Below, one piece after another: positions 24,606 through 34,742 of a stretch of 51,836 nt of DNA. The position numbers and the translations under genes are program-made. The DNA is from a virus. The stretch's first letter is position 1, and every line of letters begins with the position of its first letter. The notes beneath the pieces are model-generated. The model saw nothing but the letters and a program-made list of their open reading frames with translations, was not told where the DNA came from and made no database searches. Location of the stretch: IMG/VR virus record IMGVR_UViG_3300009488_000003, one strand, 5' to 3'.

Positions 24606-25840
24606 TGCCTTATCCACTGAGACAGTCTACTGCCCACATTATGCGGATGGGACAGTTCGTCGATGACATCGACGGCAAGACGGCCGAGACGGGGCTATCT
24701 ATCGCCCAGGCCGACATCCAGATTGCCAAGTTTGAGAGCGCCTTCGCTCAGACCAGTGAAGGCAGTCCGACCACCACGCACGATGCGGACGGCTGGTATC
24801 AGATTCCGGTCACCGTGACGGATACGGACACGCTTGGGCCGCTCATAGTGCAAATCACCAAGGCGGGTGCATTGCAGGTCTCGCGTGAATGTCACGTTCT
24901 GCCCGTCAACGTCTACGACAGTCTCTATAGCACGGATAAGCTTCAAGTAGACGTAACGCAAATTGAGGGCTCGGACGCTACCAATCAGATTCGGGACGCA
25001 GTAGTGGATGACTCCACGCGGATCGACGCCTCGGAACTCAACACGCTTTCCGGGCACGATCCTGGCGCTACGCTTGGAACTGGCACCGCACCTGCCGGTG
25101 AGTACGACACCGAGATGGGCCGGATCACGGGCAATGTGGCGCTCGCGTCGGGCGTTGACCTGGTCGCAATCCACGGAACCGCACTGACGGAAACGTCTGG
25201 TCAACTTGCGGCGGCGTTCAAGAAGTTCTTCGACGTGGCAACGCCGACCGGCACGATCAACAGCCTGCCGGACGCCGTGGCTGGTGCAGCGGGCGGCGTG
25301 TTCATCGCCGGCACGAATGCTGCTACGTCCATCACGACGGCGCTGACAGCGAACATCATTGGCAACATCACGGGCAACCTCAGCGGCTCGGTCGGGAGTC
25401 TCACCGGGCACACGGTCCAGACAGGTGACAGCTTTGGTCGGATCGGCGCGACGGGTTCGGGCCTAACAAGCCTGGCACCAGCGGCCGGGGTGGCGCTTGC
25501 CGATGGGGCCATTACGGCAGCGAAGATCGCCACGGACGCCATCACGGCGACGAAGATTGCGACGGGCGCGATTGCGGCAGACGAGATTGCGGGGGCGGCC
25601 TGCAACAAGATCGCGGACCACATTATCCGACGCAGTTTCGTGAATGCTTGTGACAGTGCCAACGGTGACACCAAGAGCTTCCGCTCGCTGCTCGGTGTGG
25701 TTGCGAAGCTGGTGAACAAACTTGCCATCAGCGGCTCGACACTCACCATTTACGAAGAGGACGACATAACCGCATTGGGCACGCAGGCCATAACGACGAG
25801 CGAGACTGCGGAGCCCATCACGGTGCTGGATACGGTATAG
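24605..25840 (+). CDS. tail fibre-like protein
   Basis: Repeats ITAAKIATDAITATKIATGAIAADEIA are typical of phage fibres. Confidence 0.55.
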   Translation: MPYPLRQSTAHIMRMGQFVDDIDGKTAETGLSIAQADIQIAKFESAFAQTSEGSPTTTHDADGWYQIPVTVTDTDTLGPLIVQITKAGALQVSRECHVLPVNVYDSLYSTDKLQVDVTQIEGSDATNQIRDAVVDDSTRIDASELNTLSGHDPGATLGTGTAPAGEYDTEMGRITGNVALASGVDLVAIHGTALTETSGQLAAAFKKFFDVATPTGTINSLPDAVAGAAGGVFIAGTNAATSITTALTANIIGNITGNLSGSVGSLTGHTVQTGDSFGRIGATGSGLTSLAPAAGVALADGAITAAKIATDAITATKIATGAIAADEIAGAACNKIADHIIRRSFVNACDSANGDTKSFRSLLGVVAKLVNKLAISGSTLTIYEEDDITALGTQAITTSETAEPITVLDTV

Positions 25841-25850
25841 GAGACCTGAT

Positions 25851-26723
25851 ATGTCGCAGTGGCTAAACTTCGGCTTAGGTGCACTCAACATTGCGGGCCA
25901 AGGTATTGGCTGGTTGGGTGCGCGGGGGGCGAACGAACAACGCTATCAGGAAGCGATGGAGCTGGCTCAGGGTCGTTTCGGCGGCGGCATGGAGATGTAC
26001 GGGCAGGGAGCTGGCAACATCATGGGTGGCTACGGTCAGTTGGGCCAAAACCTGTTGCAAGGCCCGGCAGGCTACGGACAAATGCGCCGCGGCATGAGCG
26101 AACTCTGGCAGCAGCGCTCACGTGGCCTGGGTGGCGAGTACGGGGCGCGGGCTGCCGGATTGGGCGGAGAGTACACGGCCCGTACCGAAAAGGCCATCGG
26201 GCAACTAAAGGGGTTAGGTGAACAGGCGCGCAAGGACCTGGAGCGCCGGTATGGGGAGCTTGGCGCCCAGCAACGCCAGCAACTCAGACGTACTGGCATG
26301 GGGGGCACGACCGTCCAGGCTGCCCAAGCAGCAGGGCTGGAACGCGGGAGAGGTGCTGAATCCCGACGACTTGAAGCAGACCTCCGGCGTGAACGCATCG
26401 GCGTGGAATCCGGACTGCGTGGTGAGGAGCTGGGGGCTCGGGCTGGCCTGACGGGCCAAGCGCTCGGAGCGCGTGGCCAGCTAAGCGCCCAGGAATACCA
26501 GATGCGTCAGCAGCTAGGGCAAATGCACCTGGGTGCCTACGGCCAGATCGGCGGTGCGGCGCTCGGCGCTGGTGAACGGCTGTTGCAGCAGGGAATGGGC
26601 TGGGGTGGGCAACTATCGGGCGACATACTGGGCCTGATGGGAAGTCGGTCCGATGTGTACCCGCCGCCGAATCCGTACTTGCAACAACTGGGTCAGTACA
26701 GCTACCCGCAGCCTTGGCAGTAG
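25851..26723 (+). CDS. Gly/Gln/Arg-rich internal virion protein candidate
   Basis: 290 aa, low complexity, with GGEYGARAAGLGGEYTAR repeats. Confidence 0.4.
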   Translation: MSQWLNFGLGALNIAGQGIGWLGARGANEQRYQEAMELAQGRFGGGMEMYGQGAGNIMGGYGQLGQNLLQGPAGYGQMRRGMSELWQQRSRGLGGEYGARAAGLGGEYTARTEKAIGQLKGLGEQARKDLERRYGELGAQQRQQLRRTGMGGTTVQAAQAAGLERGRGAESRRLEADLRRERIGVESGLRGEELGARAGLTGQALGARGQLSAQEYQMRQQLGQMHLGAYGQIGGAALGAGERLLQQGMGWGGQLSGDILGLMGSRSDVYPPPNPYLQQLGQYSYPQPWQ

Positions 26724-26741
26724 GTAGCTTGAGGATACACG

Positions 26742-28355
26742 ATGCCGTATGAGATACGCTGGGGACCGCCGCCCGTTCTGGAGGGCTTCACGCAGTTCAT
26801 GCTGGGCCGCATGGGGGCCAAGCGTGAGGCGGAACGGTGGGAGTACGAGCACCAGACGCCGTGGGGGCGCATAGGGGGGATGGGCGCAGGGGGTGCGGGC
26901 GGAGCTACTGTGGGTGCGATGGTCGGGTCTGCGTTTGGACCACTTGGCGCCGTAGCTGGGGGTCTACTCGGCGGCGGAATGGGAGCCTACGGCGGTGGCG
27001 AGATGGGGGGTGCTATCTTTGACCCGCAAACAACTGCTGAAAGTATCCAGGGTCTACGTGGAGCAGCCAGCCAAGTGACGGACGTGGGCACTCGCCTCTA
27101 CATGCAGGAGCGGGGGATAGCGGCGCAGCAGCAGGCGGCGACGCAGCACCAGGATGCTCTTTATAGCCGTATGCACCTTCGCGACTTCGGCATGACCGAG
27201 GCCGAGATGGCTGGCGAAAAAGCACGTGAGATTCAGGCGGGCAGTATACCAGCGGACACCACCGATGCCGGATACCGTCAGGTTCTCGCCAAGCGCCGAC
27301 TGCAAATGACAGGCGACGAGTACATCCGGCGAGACCGAGAGCGGTATTTCTTTGGCCGGACTGGCGGGCGGATGGGTTATGCCCAAGCACTAGAGCAGAA
27401 CCCGGATGACCCGATGGCGGTGTTGGCGCCTGCCATAATGGAGTATCAAGAGCAGCAGCAGGCGGAGCGGCAACAGCAAGCCCAGGCGGTTCAATATGCC
27501 CAGCAGGTTCAACAAGCTTCCGATAGCCTTCCACAGAATTCGGATGTAAACAGGGAACTTAGTAGAGCACGGTATGCACTTGTAGGCGCAAACGCCGGCT
27601 TTTATCCAGGGAACCCTCCAGAGCAAGCCAAGCAGGGGCTCCGCCGACAAATGATGCAGGATCTTCGCACTGCCGAGCGAAAGGTGATAGAGGAAGCCGA
27701 AGCCTCAAAGATGACCCCGGAGAGGCGGCAGCAGCAAGTCGATAACAGCGTTGGTTACGTTCGTCACCCAGACACAAACGAAATCATCATCACAGAAGTC
27801 TTTGACGAACAGGGGAATCTCAAGTACGCGATACCGTATCGGCCACCGACCGTCAAGGAACCCCCGATCCGAACGCCGGATGACGTGCTCAGATTGCCGC
27901 TCGATGACTCGTTCCGCTCGAAAGTCATAGGTGAGGCGCGTCGCCTTGCTCGTGAGGAGATCGGCGAGCCGCTGGAGGGACCGCCGGGGCCGGTAAGCGA
28001 ATCTCATCTACGTCGGAAAATGTGGCAGGTCTTAGACGAGTTGACGATGGTTGACCAGGTCGGGCGCGACGTGGGCGACTACAAACGCGAGATGATGCGC
28101 GAGGCGGACGGCCAGCCTGCGCCGCCGACTGCTCCGTCACCTCCGGCGGCTGACCCACAAGCCGCGCAGCAGCTACAGGAAGCCGCTCAACAGTTGCAGG
28201 ACACGAACATGAAGATTCGTGAGATCATGGCTGAGATCAAGAGCAAGGGAGCGGAACTGTCACCAGACGCAAAGCGGGCGCTCATCCAAGAGTACATTCA
28301 GCTTGCTCAGACGAAAACGCAACTTGAGCAAGCAAGTGGGGCAGCGGCACCATGA
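26742..28355 (+). CDS. internal virion/ejection protein candidate with Gly-zipper segments
   Basis: 537 aa with a GMGAGGAGGATVGAMVGSAFGPLGAVAGGLLGGG block and a Gln-rich helical remainder. Confidence 0.4.
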   Translation: MPYEIRWGPPPVLEGFTQFMLGRMGAKREAERWEYEHQTPWGRIGGMGAGGAGGATVGAMVGSAFGPLGAVAGGLLGGGMGAYGGGEMGGAIFDPQTTAESIQGLRGAASQVTDVGTRLYMQERGIAAQQQAATQHQDALYSRMHLRDFGMTEAEMAGEKAREIQAGSIPADTTDAGYRQVLAKRRLQMTGDEYIRRDRERYFFGRTGGRMGYAQALEQNPDDPMAVLAPAIMEYQEQQQAERQQQAQAVQYAQQVQQASDSLPQNSDVNRELSRARYALVGANAGFYPGNPPEQAKQGLRRQMMQDLRTAERKVIEEAEASKMTPERRQQQVDNSVGYVRHPDTNEIIITEVFDEQGNLKYAIPYRPPTVKEPPIRTPDDVLRLPLDDSFRSKVIGEARRLAREEIGEPLEGPPGPVSESHLRRKMWQVLDELTMVDQVGRDVGDYKREMMREADGQPAPPTAPSPPAADPQAAQQLQEAAQQLQDTNMKIREIMAEIKSKGAELSPDAKRALIQEYIQLAQTKTQLEQASGAAAP

Positions 28356-31300
28356 ATCAGGTTGACGAATACGAACGGGCACGCCAACAAGCTGCACAAG
28401 AAGGGCAGATAACATTTGACGGGTTCGAGCCGGAAATCCTCCCGGACCCAATGCTTGAACGCGACATGCGCCGATTCGAGCGCGAGCAGGACATCTACCC
28501 GCAAGGCGAGCCGCCTATCGAACAACAAATGCGGGAGTTCGAGATCGAACAGGTCACGCGGCCTGCGGCATGGCTGGCAACCGAAGCACGCCGCAGGGCC
28601 TTGCAGCTTTCACCCGACGATTACCGTGAACTAGAAAGCAGTGAACACTTCAGCGAGAAGTTCTGGGAGGGACTGCGTGGGGAGTTCGAGGACCGTTTCC
28701 CGACGATGGACTTCGAGCAGTTCCGCAACGTGTTCAGCAAGACGTATGAGCTGACACGGCAGGGCTTCCGCTACTTGGCGACTCGGCAGGTCGCTGGCAC
28801 TACGCTCGACGAGCCTGCGCGAATGTTGCGCGGGGTTCCCGAGGAAGACAGGCAGGCGTTCGAGTTCATCCTGAATGGACTCGCTGCTGACCCACAGGTT
28901 CGTGGCCGCCTCGGCGAAGACATCCCAGCTATCGCGGCGCCGGTGCGGGGCCTCAAGGCGGGGATGAATGCCCTAGCAGAAAACGTCGGTCGCCTTCTAG
29001 GTGGGCAACAGGCCAACGAGTTCTTCGATTACACGCGGCGTGCCGGCCGTGTTCGCCGGATGGCTCGTGGTCCCGAAGCCAAGAGTTTCGTGGGCAAAGC
29101 AGCGGTACAGGCCGCCGAGATGGCACCCGAGATGGCGATTAGTGCGGCGCTCACTGGGCCGCGTGCTGCCGGTGTTCTTACCAGGCTGGCTGGGCCGTAC
29201 CTCTACTGGTTCAACCGTATGATCCCCGACGCCTATGAGGAATACCGTAGCTTCGGGATCGACGATACGAGTGCAGCAATCGGCGCGGCGATCACCAGTG
29301 CGGCTGAGGCTGGCATCGAACTGATGGTCTCGCCCGCTCGAATGCTCGGTATTGGAGTTCGTCGGAAAGCTCTTGCGGCTGGCCGACAATCGCTGAGTCG
29401 CTGGCTGCTCAAGCAGGGAGCGGACTTCGGCAAAGAGTTCAGCGAGGAAATCTTCCAGGATGGCTCCCGCCTGTTCATCGCCGCCGCGTTAGAGTCGATG
29501 GACAAGGACGTGGACATCGACTGGGAGCGCGTCATCGGGCAGCGGCTCAAAGACCTGCCCCAGACGGCGCTGTCTCTGGCGTTTGTCATGGGACCGGCTC
29601 GTGCGGTCGCGGGCGGACGGATGGGGCTGGAGGAGCTGGGCAGGGCTGGGTGGGAGCCGATGGTTCGGCCAGTTCAGCCGGAGAAGCCCTGGGCGTCAAC
29701 GGAGTTCGAGAAGCCTGAACGGGCTGCTGAGTTCGCCAGGGAGTACCCTGAACTGACCGCAAAGCTGGCGGAAACCACCAAGACGCTGTCGCGGCGAGAC
29801 CCGACGCTACGCCAGGTAGCCAAGTTCGAGAAGAACACGGGGGAGAATCGGCAAGCGGTTGTGGATGCGCTCCGCACCGCAAAGGAGACCGAAGATGCCC
29901 GCCAAGTACAAGAGGTGAGTGAAGAAGGTGCGCGCCTCGTTGAGGCGCCAAGGGAAGAGCGGGAACCCGCACGCGATCTGTACGGCCGCGAACGTGGGGA
30001 ACGTGAAGGCGTACCGGAAGCGGAAGGCCGTGAAGCAGCGGAAGAAGCGGTCGTAGAGGAGCCGCCCCCGACCGAGCCTCCTGAAGCCCGCCCCAGCGCC
30101 ATGCCCGCAGGCGGGCTTGAACTCCCCGTATCGCTGGAAGCTGCCCCGGCCCAGCCCATCTCGGAGCACGCCATCGTGGCCGGGCTCGGACGCATCTGGG
30201 ACGTGACCATCCGTAGCGGCCGGGTGGGGGGCACGGCTGCCGGCATCTACAAGAACGTATTCGGCCGGACGGCACCCGAGGTCATCCGCACGAAACGCGG
30301 GTTCGAGGGCAACCTGGCGGTCGTCGCCCACGAAATCGCCCACCACATCGACCGTCGCACCGGGATTCGCAAGGCCAAGATGCCCAAGGCGGTCAAGGAC
30401 GAAGTCCAGCGTCTCGACTACGAGCCGAACATGCGGCGCACACATGAGGGGTTTGCCGAGTATGCCCGACACGCTCTGACGATGGACGATGCCGCCGAGA
30501 TCGCGCCCGAGTTCCACAAGTGGTTCACCGAGCAGTGGCGACCGGCCAACCCCGAACTGGCCGAGAAGTGGGATCAGACCAGAGACCTTATCAGTCGGTG
30601 GCGCGCTCAGGGCGCGATGGCACGCGGGCTGGCCAACATCAGCCAGACACGACGGCCGGCACAGCCCGAGGGCATCACGCGAACTGCATGGTGGGGGGAG
30701 CGGCTCGCTTACGCCGGCCACCGCTTCTACGCTGCCATGAAGGACGAGCTTCACTTTGGGCACCTGTTTGACACGTCGGCTCATGCCCGTGGTGGGGCCG
30801 ACAAGCCTGGCCGGCGGCTCTGGGACATCCTGATGGCGTTTAGTCAAGCGGGACCGACCTACGCCGATCGGGCGATGAAGAATGGCCCATTCTTCGTCTC
30901 GAACGAACGCTTCGGTCAGCAGGCTGGCCCGGCCTTTGCTGATGTCTTCACCGAGATCGACCCCAACGAACGGGCGGAATTCGAGGTTGCAGTCTGGGCG
31001 CGGCACGCGAAAGAAGCCTGGGCTAAAGGCGTCAACCCTGGCATGTCGAAAGAGGATGCTGACTGGATTCACGAAAACTACTGGAACGACCGCTATGAGC
31101 GAGCCGCGAATACGTGGACCGCCTACAACAACGGATTGCTGGACGTGTTGGCGGACTCCGGGGCAATCAGCCAGGAGACCGCTGACCACCTGAAGGACTA
31201 CTGGAAGACCTTTATCCCACTGCGGCGTCTGCTGCCAGCTTCATCCCGGGCCTTGCGCATGGGCAAGCACCAGATGGGGAACCTTCCTACCCCCTTGCGT

Positions 31301-33265
31301 CGCCGGCTCGGTTCGGGGCTCGGGATTATCAGCCCGCTTCAGGTGACCATCGAGCGGAGCATCTGGTACTACCAGCTCGCCATGCAGCGGGAGGCGGCCA
31401 AGCGGGCCGTCGAGCGAGCCGAAGAGGTCGGGCAGATGGGGGCCTGGGTCGAACCAGTAGCTCCGAAGGTCCGACCGACCCGTTTCTCGATCGAGGAGAT
31501 TCTGCCCCAGCTTGAGAAAGCGGGCGTTGACCGCGAGATGTTGGCAGAGGTGGACCCCGAGGACGCTCTGACGATCTGGCGACCGGACTATCACCCGCGC
31601 GGGGTGCCGGTTGAGCGGGTGCGGCGCGGTGACAAGTGGCAGCTCTACCAGTTCCACCCCGACCTGCACCGGGCCATCCTGGGCATCCAGTATTACCAGT
31701 TACCGCCCTGGCTGGATATGACGATCGGGCGCATGACCCGCATGGTCAAGCTGGGGGCCACCACGCTGAGTCCGACCTTCATGGCCCGGAACCAGGTCCG
31801 CGACTTTATGACCTACCTGTTCCAGTCGCCGGAGATTCGGACCATCGGACAGGTCGGGACGCCAGCCGAGATGCTGGCGGGCTACATCTTCACGATGGCA
31901 CAGCACCTACGCGGCAAAAAGGGTGACCCGCTCGTCGAACTCGGACTCGATATGGGCATCAGCCTGTCCGCTACGCTCGGGCTGGACTACCACAGGATCG
32001 AGCGCAGTGTTCGCGACATCATGGCCGACAACACGCAGCGTCGAGCCCTGAACATTGTCCGCAGCCCGGTCGATTCCCTCCGCGACATCATCAGCACGAC
32101 CGAGCTGTCCAGCCGCATTGCTGAGTTCAAGCACGTCCTGGGCCGGCATGGCTTCACCCGGGGTGACATCGACGCTGGCAACCTACCCCCACGCGAAGTG
32201 CTGATCGAGGCCGTCAACGCCGCCCATGATGTGACGGTCAACTTCAAGCGGCTCGGTTCGGTCGGCAAGCTGCTGAACCGACTAATCCCGTACTGGAATG
32301 CCCCGGTCGAGTCGGCCGACAAGTTCGTCCGAGTCTGGCGGGATCATCCCCAACGGGCCTTTTTCTGGTCGGCTAGCTTGGCGACCGCAACGTTGATGTA
32401 CTGGCTGGCCCGGAAAGACGATGACGACTATCAGGAGCAACCCGACTGGCTGAAGTACGGGTACTGGACCGCCACGGACGACGACGGCAAGTCGATCGTC
32501 CGTGTCCCACGACCGTTCGAGTGGGGCTGGACGATGTCGGCAGGCATCGAGGCCATCCTGAATGCGGCCTACCGCCGGGAGCCGCATGAGATCGGTCGTT
32601 GGGCTTCGGCATTCGTGGAGAGTGCCGCACCACCGATTGCCCCATCGCCGCGACCGATCGTCGAGGCGTACTTCAACTACGATACATGGCGTGACCGACC
32701 GATCGTACCACCGCACGAGCTTGAGGCCATCGAGCCACGCTATCAGTACCGGCCTTGGACAACCGAACTGATGAAGGCGTTTGGCGACTACCTAAATGTC
32801 TCGCCGGCCAAGCTGGAGCACGTTCTGGAGGGCCAGACAGGCGGGATGTTCACCGCAGTCGTCCGACCGATCGAGCAGATTGTACGCGGCGAGCAGCGGC
32901 AACCGGCTGAGTGGCCCATCGTGCGGGGCTTCGCCTTCTCGCGGGAGTATTCGGACTCCGTGGACCGATTCTACGAGCGGGCGAATGAGGTGAACCAGGA
33001 GATTGATGCGGCCGAGCGTAAGGGCAAGGTCCCCTACCGGCTCAAGCGTGAGCGTAAGCGGCTCAACCGATACCGTAGCTGGATTTCCCAGCTTCGCAAG
33101 GGGGCTCGGGACTTGCGGACCCGAGAGGAGCGGTTCGAGTACGAGCAGTTCGTCATCGGCCTTGCTCGGAAAGCTCTCAGGCTGCCCAAGCTTGAACGCT
33201 ACCCGGTCCCGACCAGGGGGCAAATCAACAGGCTCGTCAGGAAGGCTCGTCGCAGGCAGCAGTAA
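28352..33265 (+). CDS. 1637-aa giant ejection/polyvalent-type protein with an HExxH motif
   Basis: VVAHEIAHHID is encoded at 30329-30343. It is the last and largest structural gene, and the arrangement resembles T7 gp14/15/16. Confidence 0.45.
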   Translation: MNQVDEYERARQQAAQEGQITFDGFEPEILPDPMLERDMRRFEREQDIYPQGEPPIEQQMREFEIEQVTRPAAWLATEARRRALQLSPDDYRELESSEHFSEKFWEGLRGEFEDRFPTMDFEQFRNVFSKTYELTRQGFRYLATRQVAGTTLDEPARMLRGVPEEDRQAFEFILNGLAADPQVRGRLGEDIPAIAAPVRGLKAGMNALAENVGRLLGGQQANEFFDYTRRAGRVRRMARGPEAKSFVGKAAVQAAEMAPEMAISAALTGPRAAGVLTRLAGPYLYWFNRMIPDAYEEYRSFGIDDTSAAIGAAITSAAEAGIELMVSPARMLGIGVRRKALAAGRQSLSRWLLKQGADFGKEFSEEIFQDGSRLFIAAALESMDKDVDIDWERVIGQRLKDLPQTALSLAFVMGPARAVAGGRMGLEELGRAGWEPMVRPVQPEKPWASTEFEKPERAAEFAREYPELTAKLAETTKTLSRRDPTLRQVAKFEKNTGENRQAVVDALRTAKETEDARQVQEVSEEGARLVEAPREEREPARDLYGRERGEREGVPEAEGREAAEEAVVEEPPPTEPPEARPSAMPAGGLELPVSLEAAPAQPISEHAIVAGLGRIWDVTIRSGRVGGTAAGIYKNVFGRTAPEVIRTKRGFEGNLAVVAHEIAHHIDRRTGIRKAKMPKAVKDEVQRLDYEPNMRRTHEGFAEYARHALTMDDAAEIAPEFHKWFTEQWRPANPELAEKWDQTRDLISRWRAQGAMARGLANISQTRRPAQPEGITRTAWWGERLAYAGHRFYAAMKDELHFGHLFDTSAHARGGADKPGRRLWDILMAFSQAGPTYADRAMKNGPFFVSNERFGQQAGPAFADVFTEIDPNERAEFEVAVWARHAKEAWAKGVNPGMSKEDADWIHENYWNDRYERAANTWTAYNNGLLDVLADSGAISQETADHLKDYWKTFIPLRRLLPASSRALRMGKHQMGNLPTPLRRRLGSGLGIISPLQVTIERSIWYYQLAMQREAAKRAVERAEEVGQMGAWVEPVAPKVRPTRFSIEEILPQLEKAGVDREMLAEVDPEDALTIWRPDYHPRGVPVERVRRGDKWQLYQFHPDLHRAILGIQYYQLPPWLDMTIGRMTRMVKLGATTLSPTFMARNQVRDFMTYLFQSPEIRTIGQVGTPAEMLAGYIFTMAQHLRGKKGDPLVELGLDMGISLSATLGLDYHRIERSVRDIMADNTQRRALNIVRSPVDSLRDIISTTELSSRIAEFKHVLGRHGFTRGDIDAGNLPPREVLIEAVNAAHDVTVNFKRLGSVGKLLNRLIPYWNAPVESADKFVRVWRDHPQRAFFWSASLATATLMYWLARKDDDDYQEQPDWLKYGYWTATDDDGKSIVRVPRPFEWGWTMSAGIEAILNAAYRREPHEIGRWASAFVESAAPPIAPSPRPIVEAYFNYDTWRDRPIVPPHELEAIEPRYQYRPWTTELMKAFGDYLNVSPAKLEHVLEGQTGGMFTAVVRPIEQIVRGEQRQPAEWPIVRGFAFSREYSDSVDRFYERANEVNQEIDAAERKGKVPYRLKRERKRLNRYRSWISQLRKGARDLRTREERFEYEQFVIGLARKALRLPKLERYPVPTRGQINRLVRKARRRQQ

Positions 33266-33299
33266 CCCCGCTGAATCCCCAATTCCCCCGCACTTCCCC

Positions 33300-33328
33300 T
33301 TGACAACGCTTGGCATTCATGCTATTGT
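33300..33328 (+). promoter_or_regulatory. sigma70-like promoter of the recombinase operon
   Basis: TTGACA (33300-33305), a 17-nt spacer, then TATTGT (33323-33328). Confidence 0.6.
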
Positions 33329-33345
33329 TCTTGCAGGAGAACCCC

Positions 33346-33618
33346 ATGGGCAAGCACACTCCCGATTTCGCCGGCTCGTTACAGGCTTATACGGATTTCG
33401 TTGACCGTGCGATGGGACACTTGGTCGAGGAAAACACCCAGCTTCGCGAGCAACGCGACGAGCTGACAAGAGCGTGCCGATCTGCGGGGATTCAGTTAGA
33501 AGTATGCGAGTTGATTGTAGTAGATGATGCTGGCTTGAACCCAAATGCAGCGTTCGTCCAGCGACTCCGCGACACGATGGATAAGTTGAAGGAAGCTCTT
33601 GAGAAGGTAAAGCCATGA
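33346..33618 (+). CDS. small coiled-coil protein (90 aa), possible recombinase accessory factor
   Basis: CAGGAG lies before the ATG. Its stop overlaps the recombinase start (ATGA). Confidence 0.5.
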   Translation: MGKHTPDFAGSLQAYTDFVDRAMGHLVEENTQLREQRDELTRACRSAGIQLEVCELIVVDDAGLNPNAAFVQRLRDTMDKLKEALEKVKP

Positions 33619-34355
33619 CCGCCGCCCTCTACGCCCGGTTCAGCCCCCGACCGAAGGACAAACTCAACACCCTGACGCTGGACGTGCAGCTCGAACGCAT
33701 GGCGGCCTACTGCGAGCAGCATGGGCTGACGGTCGGGCTGGAGCTGCGCGAGCCAAAGACCAGCGCCAAGACACCGTTGGAGAAGCGACCCAAGGGAGCC
33801 GAGCTGATCGCGGCGATCAAGGCGGGTAAGATTCAGCACGTCGTGGCCTACAGGCTTGACCGGCTGTTCCGCAACATCCGCGAGGCGCTGAACCGCATTC
33901 ACGAATGGGACCAGGCGGGCATCAGCATCCACTTCCTCGACTTCATGGGCGGGCAGGTCGATACCAAGAGCCCGATGGGCCGCTGCATGTTGGCGGTCTG
34001 TGCCGCGTTCAAGGAGCTGGAGCGGGAGGAGACTGCGGCACGGACCTCCGAAGCCCTGCGATACCGCCAACGTAACGGCCTGGCAACGGGCAACCCGCCG
34101 TATGGGTGGCGACGCAAAACCATCGACGGCACCACTGTGCTCGTGCCGGATTTGATCGAGCAGGAAGCTGTCGCTTTCATTAAACGGTTTGGCGCACTTG
34201 GGGAGAGTCACCGCCACATTACGGCACGATTAAACGTACCGCCAATCAAACGGGGGTGCCGCGGCGTCCGCTGGACCCACCGCACGGTCGGTCGCATCCT
34301 CAAGCGGGCGGAGGCGGGGCTTGAACCTGGAACGTCCCCAGAATTTGCGTGTTGA
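33615..34355 (+). CDS. serine recombinase, short form (246 aa)
   Basis: YARFS catalytic-serine context. VVAYRLDRLFRN. GNPPYGW...RWTHRTVGRILKR is the start of the 'recombinase' domain. No zinc-ribbon or coiled-coil follows. Confidence 0.75.
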   Translation: MTAALYARFSPRPKDKLNTLTLDVQLERMAAYCEQHGLTVGLELREPKTSAKTPLEKRPKGAELIAAIKAGKIQHVVAYRLDRLFRNIREALNRIHEWDQAGISIHFLDFMGGQVDTKSPMGRCMLAVCAAFKELEREETAARTSEALRYRQRNGLATGNPPYGWRRKTIDGTTVLVPDLIEQEAVAFIKRFGALGESHRHITARLNVPPIKRGCRGVRWTHRTVGRILKRAEAGLEPGTSPEFAC

Positions 34356-34566
34356 ACTGGTTGACCAGCTTGAGCAACGCTACCGGGTGCCCCTTGTGGG
34401 CCGTCAGGACCGGCATCTGGCCAGGCTCCAGCGGAATCATCGGGCCGGACCCAGGTGGTAGGCCGGCCAGCAGGATGACACCACCCCCAGCACGGCCCAA
34501 CAACTCATTGACGAGCTGCTGGGCGCCTACGAGTTCAAGCCCGAGGGCTGTGATGTTCTCGCTCAT
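34300..34566 (-). CDS. hypothetical protein (88 aa)
   Basis: Internal ATG at 34566. It is convergent with the recombinase and overlaps its 3' end. Confidence 0.45.
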   Translation of the reverse strand: MSENITALGLELVGAQQLVNELLGRAGGGVILLAGLPPGSGPMIPLEPGQMPVLTAHKGHPVALLKLVNQFNTQILGTFQVQAPPPPA

Positions 34567-34568
34567 AG

Positions 34569-34742
34569 CTACTTGCCCTTGGCCCAAGCACTCCGGAGAG
34601 CAACGCCAGTCCAGGCGGTCAGGATCGCGCCGATCGTGCCAGCCATCGTCGTGTCTAGCCAACCTTGGGCATAGGCAATCCCGAGCAGGCCCCAGCCGAT
34701 GGCGCCAAAGTGAACTTTGTAGCCGTCAAGGAACTTCAGCAT
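34569..34742 (-). CDS. small two-helix membrane protein, holin-like (57 aa)
   Basis: GGGAG lies 6 nt before the ATG. Sequence MLKFLDGYKVHFGAIGWGLLGIAYAQGW..GTIGAILTAWTGVAL. It is below the ORF-track cutoff. Confidence 0.5.
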   Translation of the reverse strand: MLKFLDGYKVHFGAIGWGLLGIAYAQGWLDTTMAGTIGAILTAWTGVALRSAWAKGK

